Below, piece after piece: positions 1-7,704 of a stretch of DNA of 47,487 nucleotides (its first letter is position 1; each line of letters starts with the position of its first letter). The DNA is from a virus (lineage: Duplodnaviria; Caudoviricetes): positions 1 to 47,487 of IMG/VR virus record IMGVR_UViG_3300034993_000075; one strand, given 5' to 3'. A program made the translations under genes and the position numbers. The notes under the pieces are model-generated. The model saw only the letters and a program-made list of their open reading frames with translations. It did no database searches and was not told where the DNA came from.

Positions 1-127
1 CGGAAGGACGGGATCATGCGCGGGGCCGTCCCTCCTCGCGCCCACTTCAACAGATCCACGTACACCCACGGAGCACCGTCGGCCTTCTTGTAGATCCCGA
101 CTTCCAACTTGCGCCGGCTGTTGTCGC
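1..127. repeat. 127-bp direct terminal repeat (identical to 47361-47487); circular-assembly overlap
   Basis: First 127 nt match the last 127 nt exactly; an ORF reads through the junction. Confidence 0.97.
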
Positions 128-131
128 TCAT
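1..131 (-). CDS. N-terminal part of junction-spanning hypothetical protein (continues to 47084)
   Basis: ATG at 131 overlaps the TGA of the methyltransferase (ATGA); reads MSDNSRRKLEVGIYKK... in frame with ORF 47084..47467. Confidence 0.8.
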   Translation of the reverse strand, partial: MSDNSRRKLEVGIYKKADGAPWVYVDLLKWARGGTAPRMIPSF

Positions 132-1102
132 GCCTCGTTTCCCCACACGTCCCAGCCCACCCGAGGTCCCCTGGCGAAGATCTCCACGCGACGCATACCC
201 GGGAACATGCGCTCGATCGCCGCGTAGGCTTCGTCTGGTTTTCGGCTGTGCTCACCAGCCGTCGCTTGGATCACGCTGTCGATTTTTTCCTGTGGCGTCG
301 AGGTGCCACGCACGCCGATCAGAATCAGCTCGTGCCGCGTGTGGAGCCACCAGCCAAGCCCAGGCGCTCGATCCTTCACCCACACCATGCAGGCTTTGTA
401 TTCGTAGCCCCAGGCGTCCATGACAGCATGAGCGGCAGGTAGCAGGGGCGAAGTAGCCCAAAGGAACAACACGCTTGGATCGGCGAACCGGGGGAACGTA
501 TCGGCTGTGTGCGGGAGGCGACAGATCGTTTCGGTGTCCTGTGTCGGGTAGTGATTGGCCGCAGATTGATCAAATCCGCTGTTGTCGTACTGCCACGGGG
601 GATCGGCACAGACGACGTCGTACTCGCCCTGTGGTAGCTCACCAGCCTCGATCGCCGCCACTTTCGCAGCGTGAGCCTGTCCACGAATTAGTGCCTTGAA
701 ATCGCTGACACTGAGCGCCTTGTCCCTGGCCTCGGTCAGTAGCCGCTTCTGGCGCTCGGGATCGTCGCTGAACTTCGCCACGAGTAAGTGGTGGCTCCAG
801 GAAATACTGTCACTACGTAGTGACAAGTTCACGTTGGCAGAAACGTAGGAGTAGTTCCGCCACACGTCCGCCTGTGTCTCGTCCACCGCCTGCGCGTATT
901 TCTCGCCATAGGCGTGCTCCCCGTAGTTCAAGAGATCGCCGATCCAGAACTGCACCCCGCTCTCAATACGTCTGAGTTTTCCGAGTGCGTCCTCCCAGTC
1001 GGCGAACTTCGGCGTTCCAGAAACGTCCGCGAGTCCCTTGGCAGAGAATCGAAAGGCACCGACGGTCATGGCGTCCGAGGTCTGCGCGATCGCCTTCGTC
1101 AC
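128..1102 (-). CDS. MT-A70 (MunI/Ime4-like) adenine methyltransferase with N-terminal LmbU-like DNA-binding domain
   Basis: YDVVCADPPWQY, LFLWAT, WGYEYK..WVK, HELILIGVRG, HSRKPDE, EIFAR..GWDVWGNE; N-terminal FWIGDLLNYGE..YG..Y motif. Start uncertain (GTG 1102; ORF open to 1174). Confidence 0.88.
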   Translation of the reverse strand: MTKAIAQTSDAMTVGAFRFSAKGLADVSGTPKFADWEDALGKLRRIESGVQFWIGDLLNYGEHAYGEKYAQAVDETQADVWRNYSYVSANVNLSLRSDSISWSHHLLVAKFSDDPERQKRLLTEARDKALSVSDFKALIRGQAHAAKVAAIEAGELPQGEYDVVCADPPWQYDNSGFDQSAANHYPTQDTETICRLPHTADTFPRFADPSVLFLWATSPLLPAAHAVMDAWGYEYKACMVWVKDRAPGLGWWLHTRHELILIGVRGTSTPQEKIDSVIQATAGEHSRKPDEAYAAIERMFPGMRRVEIFARGPRVGWDVWGNEA

Positions 1103-1110
1103 GCGTTGAG

Positions 1111-1236
1111 CTAGCTTCGACACGCGATACACCCAACATTCGGATCGGTTGCGAATACTGTCTTGCGACAGCACAGCCAGGAGACTTCGCGAGCGTTGAT
1201 CTGGTGATCGTCGTATCCAGGCTTGGACTCAGTCAT
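1111..1236 (-). CDS. small Cys-rich hypothetical protein
   Basis: ATG overlaps the end of the upstream gene; CC..CxxC. Confidence 0.45.
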   Translation of the reverse strand: MTESKPGYDDHQINAREVSWLCCRKTVFATDPNVGCIACRS

Positions 1237-1660
1237 GTTCCCAAACCCCAACGGACGACTCGCGGCCAACCAGAAACTCCCGGCCCTGTTCGTCCTTACC
1301 CCAGACTTCAATGGGTCCGTCTGCTTTCAAGTCCGTTAGGAACTCCACGCGGAGATCGTTGGAGTGCAGCGACCACACGCCTCGGTGGTGGTAGAAACAG
1401 GCGCGCAACATTACGGCCGCGTAGGTGCGGTTGCCGTGATCGCCACCCATGCCCTTGTTCTCCAGGTGGGCGGTTTCGTGGAGCGTCTTTTCCTGACAGC
1501 GAGGGACGAGTCGGCAGTAGCGCGATCCGTCTCGGGCTACCACCTTGGCCTTCTCGTTCTTCTCGTGCGTCTTCAGATCGGCTTTGGCCTGCCGGCGAGC
1601 CAACTGGGCAGCCTCGCGTCCTTGCTTCCCGAATGGCAAGGCGCTCATGTCCATCGCCAC
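1229..1660 (-). CDS. HNH-like / zinc-binding putative nuclease
   Basis: RDG..C..C..ETAHL..KGMGG..C..HH pattern; translationally coupled. Confidence 0.5.
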   Translation of the reverse strand: MAMDMSALPFGKQGREAAQLARRQAKADLKTHEKNEKAKVVARDGSRYCRLVPRCQEKTLHETAHLENKGMGGDHGNRTYAAVMLRACFYHHRGVWSLHSNDLRVEFLTDLKADGPIEVWGKDEQGREFLVGRESSVGVWEHD

Positions 1661-2049
1661 TAGTAGTAGTCCCCTCGGCCCGTCGTCTTGGCGTTGTAGG
1701 CTTTGCCGACTTGACGGTGTGCCTCTTCAGCCTTCTTCCGTTCCACCAGATCACAGGTGAAGCAGAGCGTCGCAGCCATGAGCGGAAGGCCGGTTTCGAA
1801 CTCCCGTTCACAGTCAGCGCATTGCGCCAATGTCGGCGTCTCGTGCGCCTTTGCGCATCCGCGCTCGCAATAGTCCTTGACGCCAGGCGTGAGGAGTTCG
1901 CGCAGCGTTCCACGACACCATCGGCAGCGCGTCGGATCCGTCGAGTGCGGCGCCGTCGGGGCCATCTCCCGTGACGATCGGAACGGTTCACGGTTCTGCA
2001 ACTTCAGGTGCTGATCCAGGGCGGCGATAGACTTGGAGAGGCGGTGCAT
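1660..2049 (-). CDS. zinc-finger hypothetical protein
   Basis: ATG at 2049 overlaps the exonuclease stop; several CxxC/CxxxC pairs. Confidence 0.6.
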   Translation of the reverse strand: MHRLSKSIAALDQHLKLQNREPFRSSREMAPTAPHSTDPTRCRWCRGTLRELLTPGVKDYCERGCAKAHETPTLAQCADCEREFETGLPLMAATLCFTCDLVERKKAEEAHRQVGKAYNAKTTGRGDYY

Positions 2050-2726
2050 CAGGCAGCCTTGGCGATCGCCGCGTCGATCAGTTTCAGCACGTCGAGACGT
2101 TCCTTCTCGACTTCCTGCAGGAACTCGGCGACACCAGACACGAACAGATCCATCGACGGACGCTGCACCGTAACGACGTGCAACTGGATAGCTGACGGCA
2201 TGTCCGGGCAGTAACTGACGAAGTCCGCCACGGGCGCACCAGAGACGTCGAAGTGCATGAGCACCTGCGACTCGTACTCTTCGGGGAGCACTTGGCCAGC
2301 CCGGATCCACCGAAGGTGTGTCGCGGGTTTCGGTACCTTGAACTCCAGAACCCGCTCGAAGTTCCCCACGACGCCGTCAAGGCTGCTCCCCACCTTCAAT
2401 GTGCGGTGCGCCAGGAACCCAGGCGTCCACACCATGCAGGCGAAGCGAGCCTCGTAGGCTGCCCTGGCCTCAGCTTCGAGCGCCTTGCCACGCTCCACCC
2501 ATGGCCCTTTGTACGAGTCCATGTCCTCGGCAGGACGGCCGGTGATCTGGCCGCAGACGATCTCCGTCCGGTAGTCCCGACGGGCAACGGACTCCTCGCC
2601 CTTCTTCCGCCCCTTCGTGAAGATCGCGTCACACTTCGACGAGGTGACACGTCCAACCCGAGCCGTCCACCATTCCGGTGAACGCTGCGAGACGTTGAGC
2701 ACGTCGACGTTAGGATTGAGCGGCAT
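2049..2726 (-). CDS. YqaJ/lambda-exonuclease family recombination exonuclease
   Basis: QRSPEW..R.G.VTSS, RG..LE..AR..YE, SLDG, LEFKVP, Y..QV motifs. Confidence 0.9.
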   Translation of the reverse strand: MPLNPNVDVLNVSQRSPEWWTARVGRVTSSKCDAIFTKGRKKGEESVARRDYRTEIVCGQITGRPAEDMDSYKGPWVERGKALEAEARAAYEARFACMVWTPGFLAHRTLKVGSSLDGVVGNFERVLEFKVPKPATHLRWIRAGQVLPEEYESQVLMHFDVSGAPVADFVSYCPDMPSAIQLHVVTVQRPSMDLFVSGVAEFLQEVEKERLDVLKLIDAAIAKAA

Positions 2727-3705
2727 CGGCGCCCTTCTTCACGGTGTCGGCTTGCATGGCCGCCGCTTTGAGAGACTCCCAGGTGGCGTTCTGGTGCTTG
2801 GTGAGGTATTCACGCTGCTCGAGCGTGCCAGCCGCCAGGGCCGCTTGGAGCGCTTCTGCCCCTTGCATGGCCGCGACACGCATCAGATCGGTGAAGGCCG
2901 CGAACCCTTCCGGCTCGGCTGCGCCACTCTTCGGTTGCACCTTGGAGGGGAACGCCTCTTCGACCGTCGTGTCGCCGTCGCGGAGCGCCGTGGCCAGGCC
3001 GCGCAACGTGGCCAAGTGATCGAGCGTGATGTCCTCGACTCCACCGATCGCCAACTGCTCGAAGACTTGTTCCCGCCTGACGCCGAGTTGCTGGAAGTGA
3101 GCCAGCATCTTGTCGCGACGGCTCACGAGCGTCTGGACATCACCCACCGCGACGCGCTTGCACTCCAGGAACAGCGGACGCCAGAACGCCGACGGAATCA
3201 CCTTGAACACGGCATTCCGGAGCGCGATCGAACTCGCGGCGTTCGCTGTCACCGTCACCATGTCGTCTGAATACTTGCGGCCGTTCCGTCCGGTGATCCG
3301 GCGCCGCACTTCGTAACCGATCGCAACGTTTGTCTGCACGTCCCATGCTTCGCCGCGAGCCGTGATAAACCGCTCGTCCTCTGAAATGATCCGGCTCTGG
3401 ATCCGCATGTGCCCCCAAGCACTCGCGCAGATCTCAGCCAGACGCGCACTCGGCCCCTCAACGGTCTTGCCGTCTCGTGGCAGCGCATAGAAGCAGCTCG
3501 CCGCCGTCTCTTCGTCGAGGGTGGCCATTTCCTTCGCGGCATGGAGGAAGGCCTTCACCGAACGCGGCCACCGCCGTGCCGTGGCGACCTGCATGTCCAC
3601 TTCGCCGCGGACCACCGATCCGACGACGTCGAGCGCCGCTGATACTTCCTTCACTTCTTCCGGGTCGAGCACGGCCGTTCGGTCGTTGGTGTTAGACTGG
3701 GTCAT
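2710..3705 (-). CDS. putative single-strand annealing protein/recombinase (family not assigned)
   Basis: Directly upstream of and overlapping the exonuclease; ~330 aa; PR..FYALPR.GK.VEGPS.RLAE..WG, A.SIA.RNA motifs. Confidence 0.55.
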   Translation of the reverse strand: MTQSNTNDRTAVLDPEEVKEVSAALDVVGSVVRGEVDMQVATARRWPRSVKAFLHAAKEMATLDEETAASCFYALPRDGKTVEGPSARLAEICASAWGHMRIQSRIISEDERFITARGEAWDVQTNVAIGYEVRRRITGRNGRKYSDDMVTVTANAASSIALRNAVFKVIPSAFWRPLFLECKRVAVGDVQTLVSRRDKMLAHFQQLGVRREQVFEQLAIGGVEDITLDHLATLRGLATALRDGDTTVEEAFPSKVQPKSGAAEPEGFAAFTDLMRVAAMQGAEALQAALAAGTLEQREYLTKHQNATWESLKAAAMQADTVKKGADAAQS

Positions 3706-3764
3706 TGGATGCGCGGCTCCTATCCGCGTGTTCATGGGCCGCCCACCAGCGGCCCTTCGTGTTT

Positions 3765-3917
3765 CTAGGCCGTCACCTTCTCAGGCACCGCACGAGGACG
3801 CCTCGCGGCCGGAGCCTTCCGCTTCTGTTCCTTCAGTTCAGGGATCGCCGCGTCCAGCGCGTCGCGCTTGGCTTCGAGCGCCGCGATCGCCTTGTCGAGC
3901 TGGTTCATCTTCGCCAC
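3765..3917 (-). CDS. small coiled-coil hypothetical protein (not in ORF track)
   Basis: GTG-AKMNQLDKAIAALEAKRDALDAAIPELKEQ..., 50 aa, purine-rich RBS upstream. Confidence 0.6.
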   Translation of the reverse strand: MAKMNQLDKAIAALEAKRDALDAAIPELKEQKRKAPAARRPRAVPEKVTA

Positions 3918-3936
3918 GGTCCTCTGTCCTTTCCGT

Positions 3937-4356
3937 CTATGCGCGCAGTCGCCGATCCGAGAGCAACATGGCGTTCTGGCAGGCGTCCCAACAGTCGGCC
4001 GGGTATTCCTCCCGGATGCACTGCTCGACGCTCCGGTTGAACTCCTCGAACTCGTCCTTGTTCATGTCCGTCAAGGACGTCATGCCGTCAGGCAGGAAGA
4101 GCGCCTTCATGTCGGCCTTCAGTTCCGTCACGGTGTAGCCGGTGACGTCTGACGTCGGCTTCAGCAGGTGGCCGTGCAGGTGCTTGTAATGCCCCCAGGT
4201 CGCCGCTTCGTCCTCGGGTTCCACTCTGATCCGTAGCGCCGTGCCGTCGCCCCAGGCCTTCGCCGCCTTCTGCCGGCGCGTCTTGTAAAAGCTGTCGGTG
4301 ACGTGAATGTCCCCGTCTCGAACAACCGCGTCCACGAGCAAGGCCGAGCCGCTCAC
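3937..4356 (-). CDS. NinB/Orf-like recombination accessory protein (tentative)
   Basis: C-terminal SLTDMNKDEFEEF..VEQ resembles the NinB family; lies next to the recombination genes. Confidence 0.45.
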   Translation of the reverse strand: MSGSALLVDAVVRDGDIHVTDSFYKTRRQKAAKAWGDGTALRIRVEPEDEAATWGHYKHLHGHLLKPTSDVTGYTVTELKADMKALFLPDGMTSLTDMNKDEFEEFNRSVEQCIREEYPADCWDACQNAMLLSDRRLRA

Positions 4357-4414
4357 CGCTGCCCCTCTACACTTGACGGCGCATCACTTCGAGCCGTTCC
4401 ACACAACTTCGTAG

Positions 4415-4810
4415 TCAAACCGCCTCCTTCGCCAAGCGTGGCCTCGGAGTCGCCAACATCCAGCGACGACTGGCCGTGTGGCCTTCCGCTCGCACCTTGC
4501 CGTCTGACTCCAGCGCCTTGAAGGCATCGCGCACGGACACCTTGTCCGCGCCACACTGCTCCACCACGGCCGACGGCTTCATCGGCCCGGCCGCGAGCGC
4601 AGCGAGAATGCGGCCGTCTATCGCACCAGGAGACGCGCCGCGCGGTTTCGGGGGGGGGGTAGCCTTGGCCTGTTTCGGTGTTCGTGCCACCCGCACAACG
4701 GGACGCAAGGGCAACGACGGTTGGGGCTTCAGGGCTTCAGCAAGTTCGATCGCCGTGGCAATGTCATCGCACTCGAACGTGATCCCCTCGTGGCAGACGC
4801 GAATGTTCAC
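4415..4810 (-). CDS. hypothetical protein with C-terminal winged-helix
   Basis: ILAALAAGPMKPSAV..SVRDAFKALESDGKV..G..RRW. Confidence 0.55.
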   Translation of the reverse strand: MNIRVCHEGITFECDDIATAIELAEALKPQPSLPLRPVVRVARTPKQAKATPPPKPRGASPGAIDGRILAALAAGPMKPSAVVEQCGADKVSVRDAFKALESDGKVRAEGHTASRRWMLATPRPRLAKEAV

Positions 4811-5199
4811 AGCGACTCCCCTACGCTCGACGCCGCACTTCCGACGAGTGACGTGCTCTGTCCGTACTCCGACTGACGATCGAGATCACACACGCCGCTG
4901 GTGGCTTGAACAAGGCGCGGAACCGTCGCCGTTGATCGATAGGGGCCTCGCGCCTGTGACGCCGCTCCTGCCACCGTTGCCACAAGTTGCGGAGGAGGCA
5001 CCCGACCAGCGAGTCGATCCACTTCGCTCTCAGCTTCACGGTGCAATCGTGCAGGATCGGCATAGAGGAATTCCTCCGGGTATCGTTCGTGCACCACACG
5101 CTCGCGGCGTTCGAAGGCCCAGCCCACGATCCGATCGATGATCGCAAACACGATCCAGGCGACGACCAACACGAGCACCAGCGCGACGAGGAACGTCAT
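4807..5199 (-). CDS. membrane-anchored hypothetical protein
   Basis: ATG 5199 coupled to upstream stop; N-terminal hydrophobic helix. Confidence 0.55.
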   Translation of the reverse strand: MTFLVALVLVLVVAWIVFAIIDRIVGWAFERRERVVHERYPEEFLYADPARLHREAESEVDRLAGRVPPPQLVATVAGAASQARGPYRSTATVPRLVQATSGVCDLDRQSEYGQSTSLVGSAASSVGESL

Positions 5200-5312
5200 T
5201 CGCTGAACCACTGATCGATCGCCTTGAAGGCGAGCGCGAACACCACGACGACCAGGAGTGACCCCGCCGCCACGACCGCGACTGTCCAAATGGCGCCCCA
5301 GAACGTGCCCAT
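5196..5312 (-). CDS. small membrane peptide
   Basis: MGTFWGAIWTVAVVAAGSLLVVVVFALAF; coupled start/stop on both sides. Confidence 0.55.
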   Translation of the reverse strand: MGTFWGAIWTVAVVAAGSLLVVVVFALAFKAIDQWFSE

Positions 5313-5557
5313 CAACGTTGTCCTCCGACAACGCGAAGTCGCGTCGGTTGCGCTTCCGGCTGGAGGTGCACGTCGAGATCGACTTGCTTGAACCGCAACC
5401 GTCCTCGAAGTCGATACGCCCGTGGCCTCGCTCGGTGCTTCCACACGGCAAACGCCCCCAAATTTGGCGATCCGTCCTCGTGGACGTAGCCGAGGTGCAC
5501 GGCCGCTTGTGCCGACGTCAGCCAGGCGACGAGCTTCACGAGGCCACCGTCGGGCAC
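5312..5557 (-). CDS. excisionase/MerR-like HTH DNA-binding protein
   Basis: WLTSAQAAVHLG...AYRLRGRLRFKQVDLD pattern. Confidence 0.65.
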   Translation of the reverse strand: MPDGGLVKLVAWLTSAQAAVHLGYVHEDGSPNLGAFAVWKHRARPRAYRLRGRLRFKQVDLDVHLQPEAQPTRLRVVGGQR

Positions 5558-5811
5558 GTCACATGCTCCTGGAAGTCCAACGATCTGGTCTGAGGGTTGC
5601 GATACTCCACGTATTGCGATCCCGGTTCGATCCGCCGTTCACACAGCGCACAGAGACGCCTGGCACTGTCGCGCACCCGAAGGCACATCGGATGCGCACA
5701 GTCGTGACGTCCACACGTGGCCGGCCACGTCGGCGCGACCATCGTGAGCACGGGGCCTGGACTCAGCACGGGCCGTCCGAACTCATGCGCGACCGCTGGT
5801 GTTGCCATCAC
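5536..5811 (-). CDS. zinc-finger hypothetical protein
   Basis: C..HDC.H..C, CALC, H..C. Confidence 0.5.
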   Translation of the reverse strand: MMATPAVAHEFGRPVLSPGPVLTMVAPTWPATCGRHDCAHPMCLRVRDSARRLCALCERRIEPGSQYVEYRNPQTRSLDFQEHVTCPTVAS

Positions 5812-5927
5812 CGATCCCCTTTCTCACGCAACCGGGAAAAACGGATACCAGACCAGATCACGAGCCCGCCGCAGACCGACAGCAGGCCCAGCACCATGTA
5901 GAACGTCGAGAGGAGTAGTTCGCTCAT
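5808..5927 (-). CDS. small membrane peptide (not in ORF track)
   Basis: MSELLLSTFYMVLGLLSVCGGLVIWSGIRF..., 39 aa, coupled on both sides. Confidence 0.5.
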   Translation of the reverse strand: MSELLLSTFYMVLGLLSVCGGLVIWSGIRFSRLREKGDR

Positions 5928-6319
5928 TCATTGACCACCAGCGCGAGATCGCCAACCGCATCCAAGAGTCGTACGAGCGCCGCACGTCCGAACCCGAATC
6001 GCTTATTCAGTTGTCGATGGAGCGCGCAATGAAACGCTGGGGGGAGCAGTAACATCTGCACGAGGGACGGACAGCCGCGCTGATCAGCCGTCCGCCATTT
6101 CTCGACGAGGGACACCGAGACACCGCACAGGAACGCGATGTCCTTGTTCTCGAGATGCGCCTCGAAGAAGGCCGCGTCGAGCGCCTCCGCGGCCAGTTGT
6201 TCCGAACGCCGCAACACGGCCTCGTCCTGTTGCGAATTTCGCAACGAAGGGTCCGCCTGTTCCGATCCCCGCAATGGCATCGGCGGCAAACTCAGTTGAG
6301 ACTTGGACGATGGAGCCAT
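5924..6319 (-). CDS. CII-like HTH regulator (tentative)
   Basis: HTH LENKDIAFLCGVSVSLVEKW; position just downstream of cro. Confidence 0.55.
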   Translation of the reverse strand: MAPSSKSQLSLPPMPLRGSEQADPSLRNSQQDEAVLRRSEQLAAEALDAAFFEAHLENKDIAFLCGVSVSLVEKWRTADQRGCPSLVQMLLLPPAFHCALHRQLNKRFGFGRAALVRLLDAVGDLALVVNE

Positions 6320-6441
6320 GTGCCCGCTCTTACGCCGCCGGGTGTTCGAGACTCTCGCGCAGCCAGCAGACGATCAGGTCGTCCAGAGACGCCGTCGCTT
6401 TCCAGCAGCCGCCGACGTTGATGTTGATGTGCATGGGTTAT

Positions 6442-6780
6442 CTACCTCGTTGGGGCCAGAGACCGCCGATCGATCGCCTCGTCCGGCGCATCAGAAGACG
6501 AACCCGCTGGCGAGTGATCAGAAGGCGTATGACCAGCGCTGTCACCCGATGGATCAACAGTCGCCTCGGGCTGAGGCTCCAAGAATCGGAGTCTGGACGG
6601 GGCGATACCAAGAGCGTCAGCCAGTCGTTGCTTCACGTCATCGGAGGGGACGCGCTCGCCGCGCTCGATCATGGAGATATAGGTCTGATCCACATTGACC
6701 AGGGCGGCGAGGTCGACTTGCGTTAGCGGAGGCTCGTGTTCTTTGCGCGCCTCCCGAACCGTCACGGTGTCGTGTGTCAT
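6442..6780 (-). CDS. cro: Cro-like XRE-family HTH repressor
   Basis: LTQVDLAALVNVDQTYISMIERGERVPS..LADALG; divergent from cI. Confidence 0.85.
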   Translation of the reverse strand: MTHDTVTVREARKEHEPPLTQVDLAALVNVDQTYISMIERGERVPSDDVKQRLADALGIAPSRLRFLEPQPEATVDPSGDSAGHTPSDHSPAGSSSDAPDEAIDRRSLAPTR

Positions 6781-6917
6781 ACGACACGTAATGTAGTTCT
6801 AGGACTACGCCATGTCAAGCGAAAAGTGTTCTAGAACAAACTTTTTCAGGCAATAGAGTGTATCTCCATACACCTGAACAAGTTAGCGTGTCGTATGACA
6901 CACAGCGCGGCTATACT
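6772..6917. promoter_or_regulatory. lysis-lysogeny switch: divergent promoters and operators
   Basis: Minus-strand TTGACA (6818-6813)-17 nt-TACATT (6795-6790); plus-strand TATACT 6912-6917; palindromes GTAGTTCTAGGACTAC 6793-6808 and TGTTCTAGAACA 6827-6838; 17-bp inverted repeat 6772-6788/6887-6903. Confidence 0.8.
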
Positions 6918-6923
6918 TCGCGC

Positions 6924-7409
6924 GTGTCACGGTGGGGTGATCGGATCAAAGCGCTTCGAGAGGGATTAGGGCTCACGCAAGAGCAACTGGCATCAGCTGT
7001 CATCGAAGCCGGCGGCACTATGGATCGCTCGCGTCTTTCGAACATCGAGACCGGCACCAATGAGAACCCAGAACTGACGACTCTTCGGAGCATTGCGACC
7101 GCGCTTCAGGTAGATATTGCGGAGTTGTTCATAGAACCCCGTCCGGAGCAGAAGCCGGACATGGACAGCCAGCCGAAGCCGCCGTCGAACCTCATTCGAT
7201 TCTCGCCGCCCTACTCGAAGCCGCAGATGTTGAAATGCCAGCTGAAGACTCCTGGCGCGGTGACGTCCTCAAGGCCGTCGCCGTCCTCAACCGGGCCCTC
7301 CGTCGCCCGAATTCCGGAACGGCTGATGGCTCGGCTGCGAACACTCGACGCTGAGCAGTTACAGGTGGTTGAGATCGTCGTCGTGGCGATTCAGAGAGGC
7401 GTTGTATGA
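6924..7409 (+). CDS. CI-like XRE-family immunity repressor (no S24 peptidase domain)
   Basis: RIKALREGLGLTQEQLA..DRSRLSNIETG..NPELTTLRSIATALQV; GTG 6924 chosen as start. Confidence 0.85.
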   Translation: MSRWGDRIKALREGLGLTQEQLASAVIEAGGTMDRSRLSNIETGTNENPELTTLRSIATALQVDIAELFIEPRPEQKPDMDSQPKPPSNLIRFSPPYSKPQMLKCQLKTPGAVTSSRPSPSSTGPSVARIPERLMARLRTLDAEQLQVVEIVVVAIQRGVV

Positions 7410-7419
7410 GAGAGCACGG

Positions 7420-7701
7420 ATGCTAGCCCTGGCCTGTCTGGCGTCCCTCGTGCTGATTCCCTGGTTGGCCATGCGAGGGCTCGGATACCGAGGCGTGTAT
7501 CTCGCCGGCACGGTGGCGGCGTTACTGTTCGGGTTCTTCGTTCTGAGCATACCGACTGGAGTCAGGCCAGGCGCACCAGAAGCCGAGCAACGAGGCGCCG
7601 AAATCATGGATGCGTACGGACCCTCGGTAGGGGGATGGCTGGTGGTCACCGGCGTTGGGTTCGTGCTCGGTGCGTGCCTCTTTCGACAGCCCTCGAAGTA
7701 G
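7420..7701 (+). CDS. small multi-TM membrane protein
   Basis: Three hydrophobic segments; sits between cI and integrase; start uncertain. Confidence 0.65.
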   Translation: MLALACLASLVLIPWLAMRGLGYRGVYLAGTVAALLFGFFVLSIPTGVRPGAPEAEQRGAEIMDAYGPSVGGWLVVTGVGFVLGACLFRQPSK

Positions 7702-7704
7702 TCG

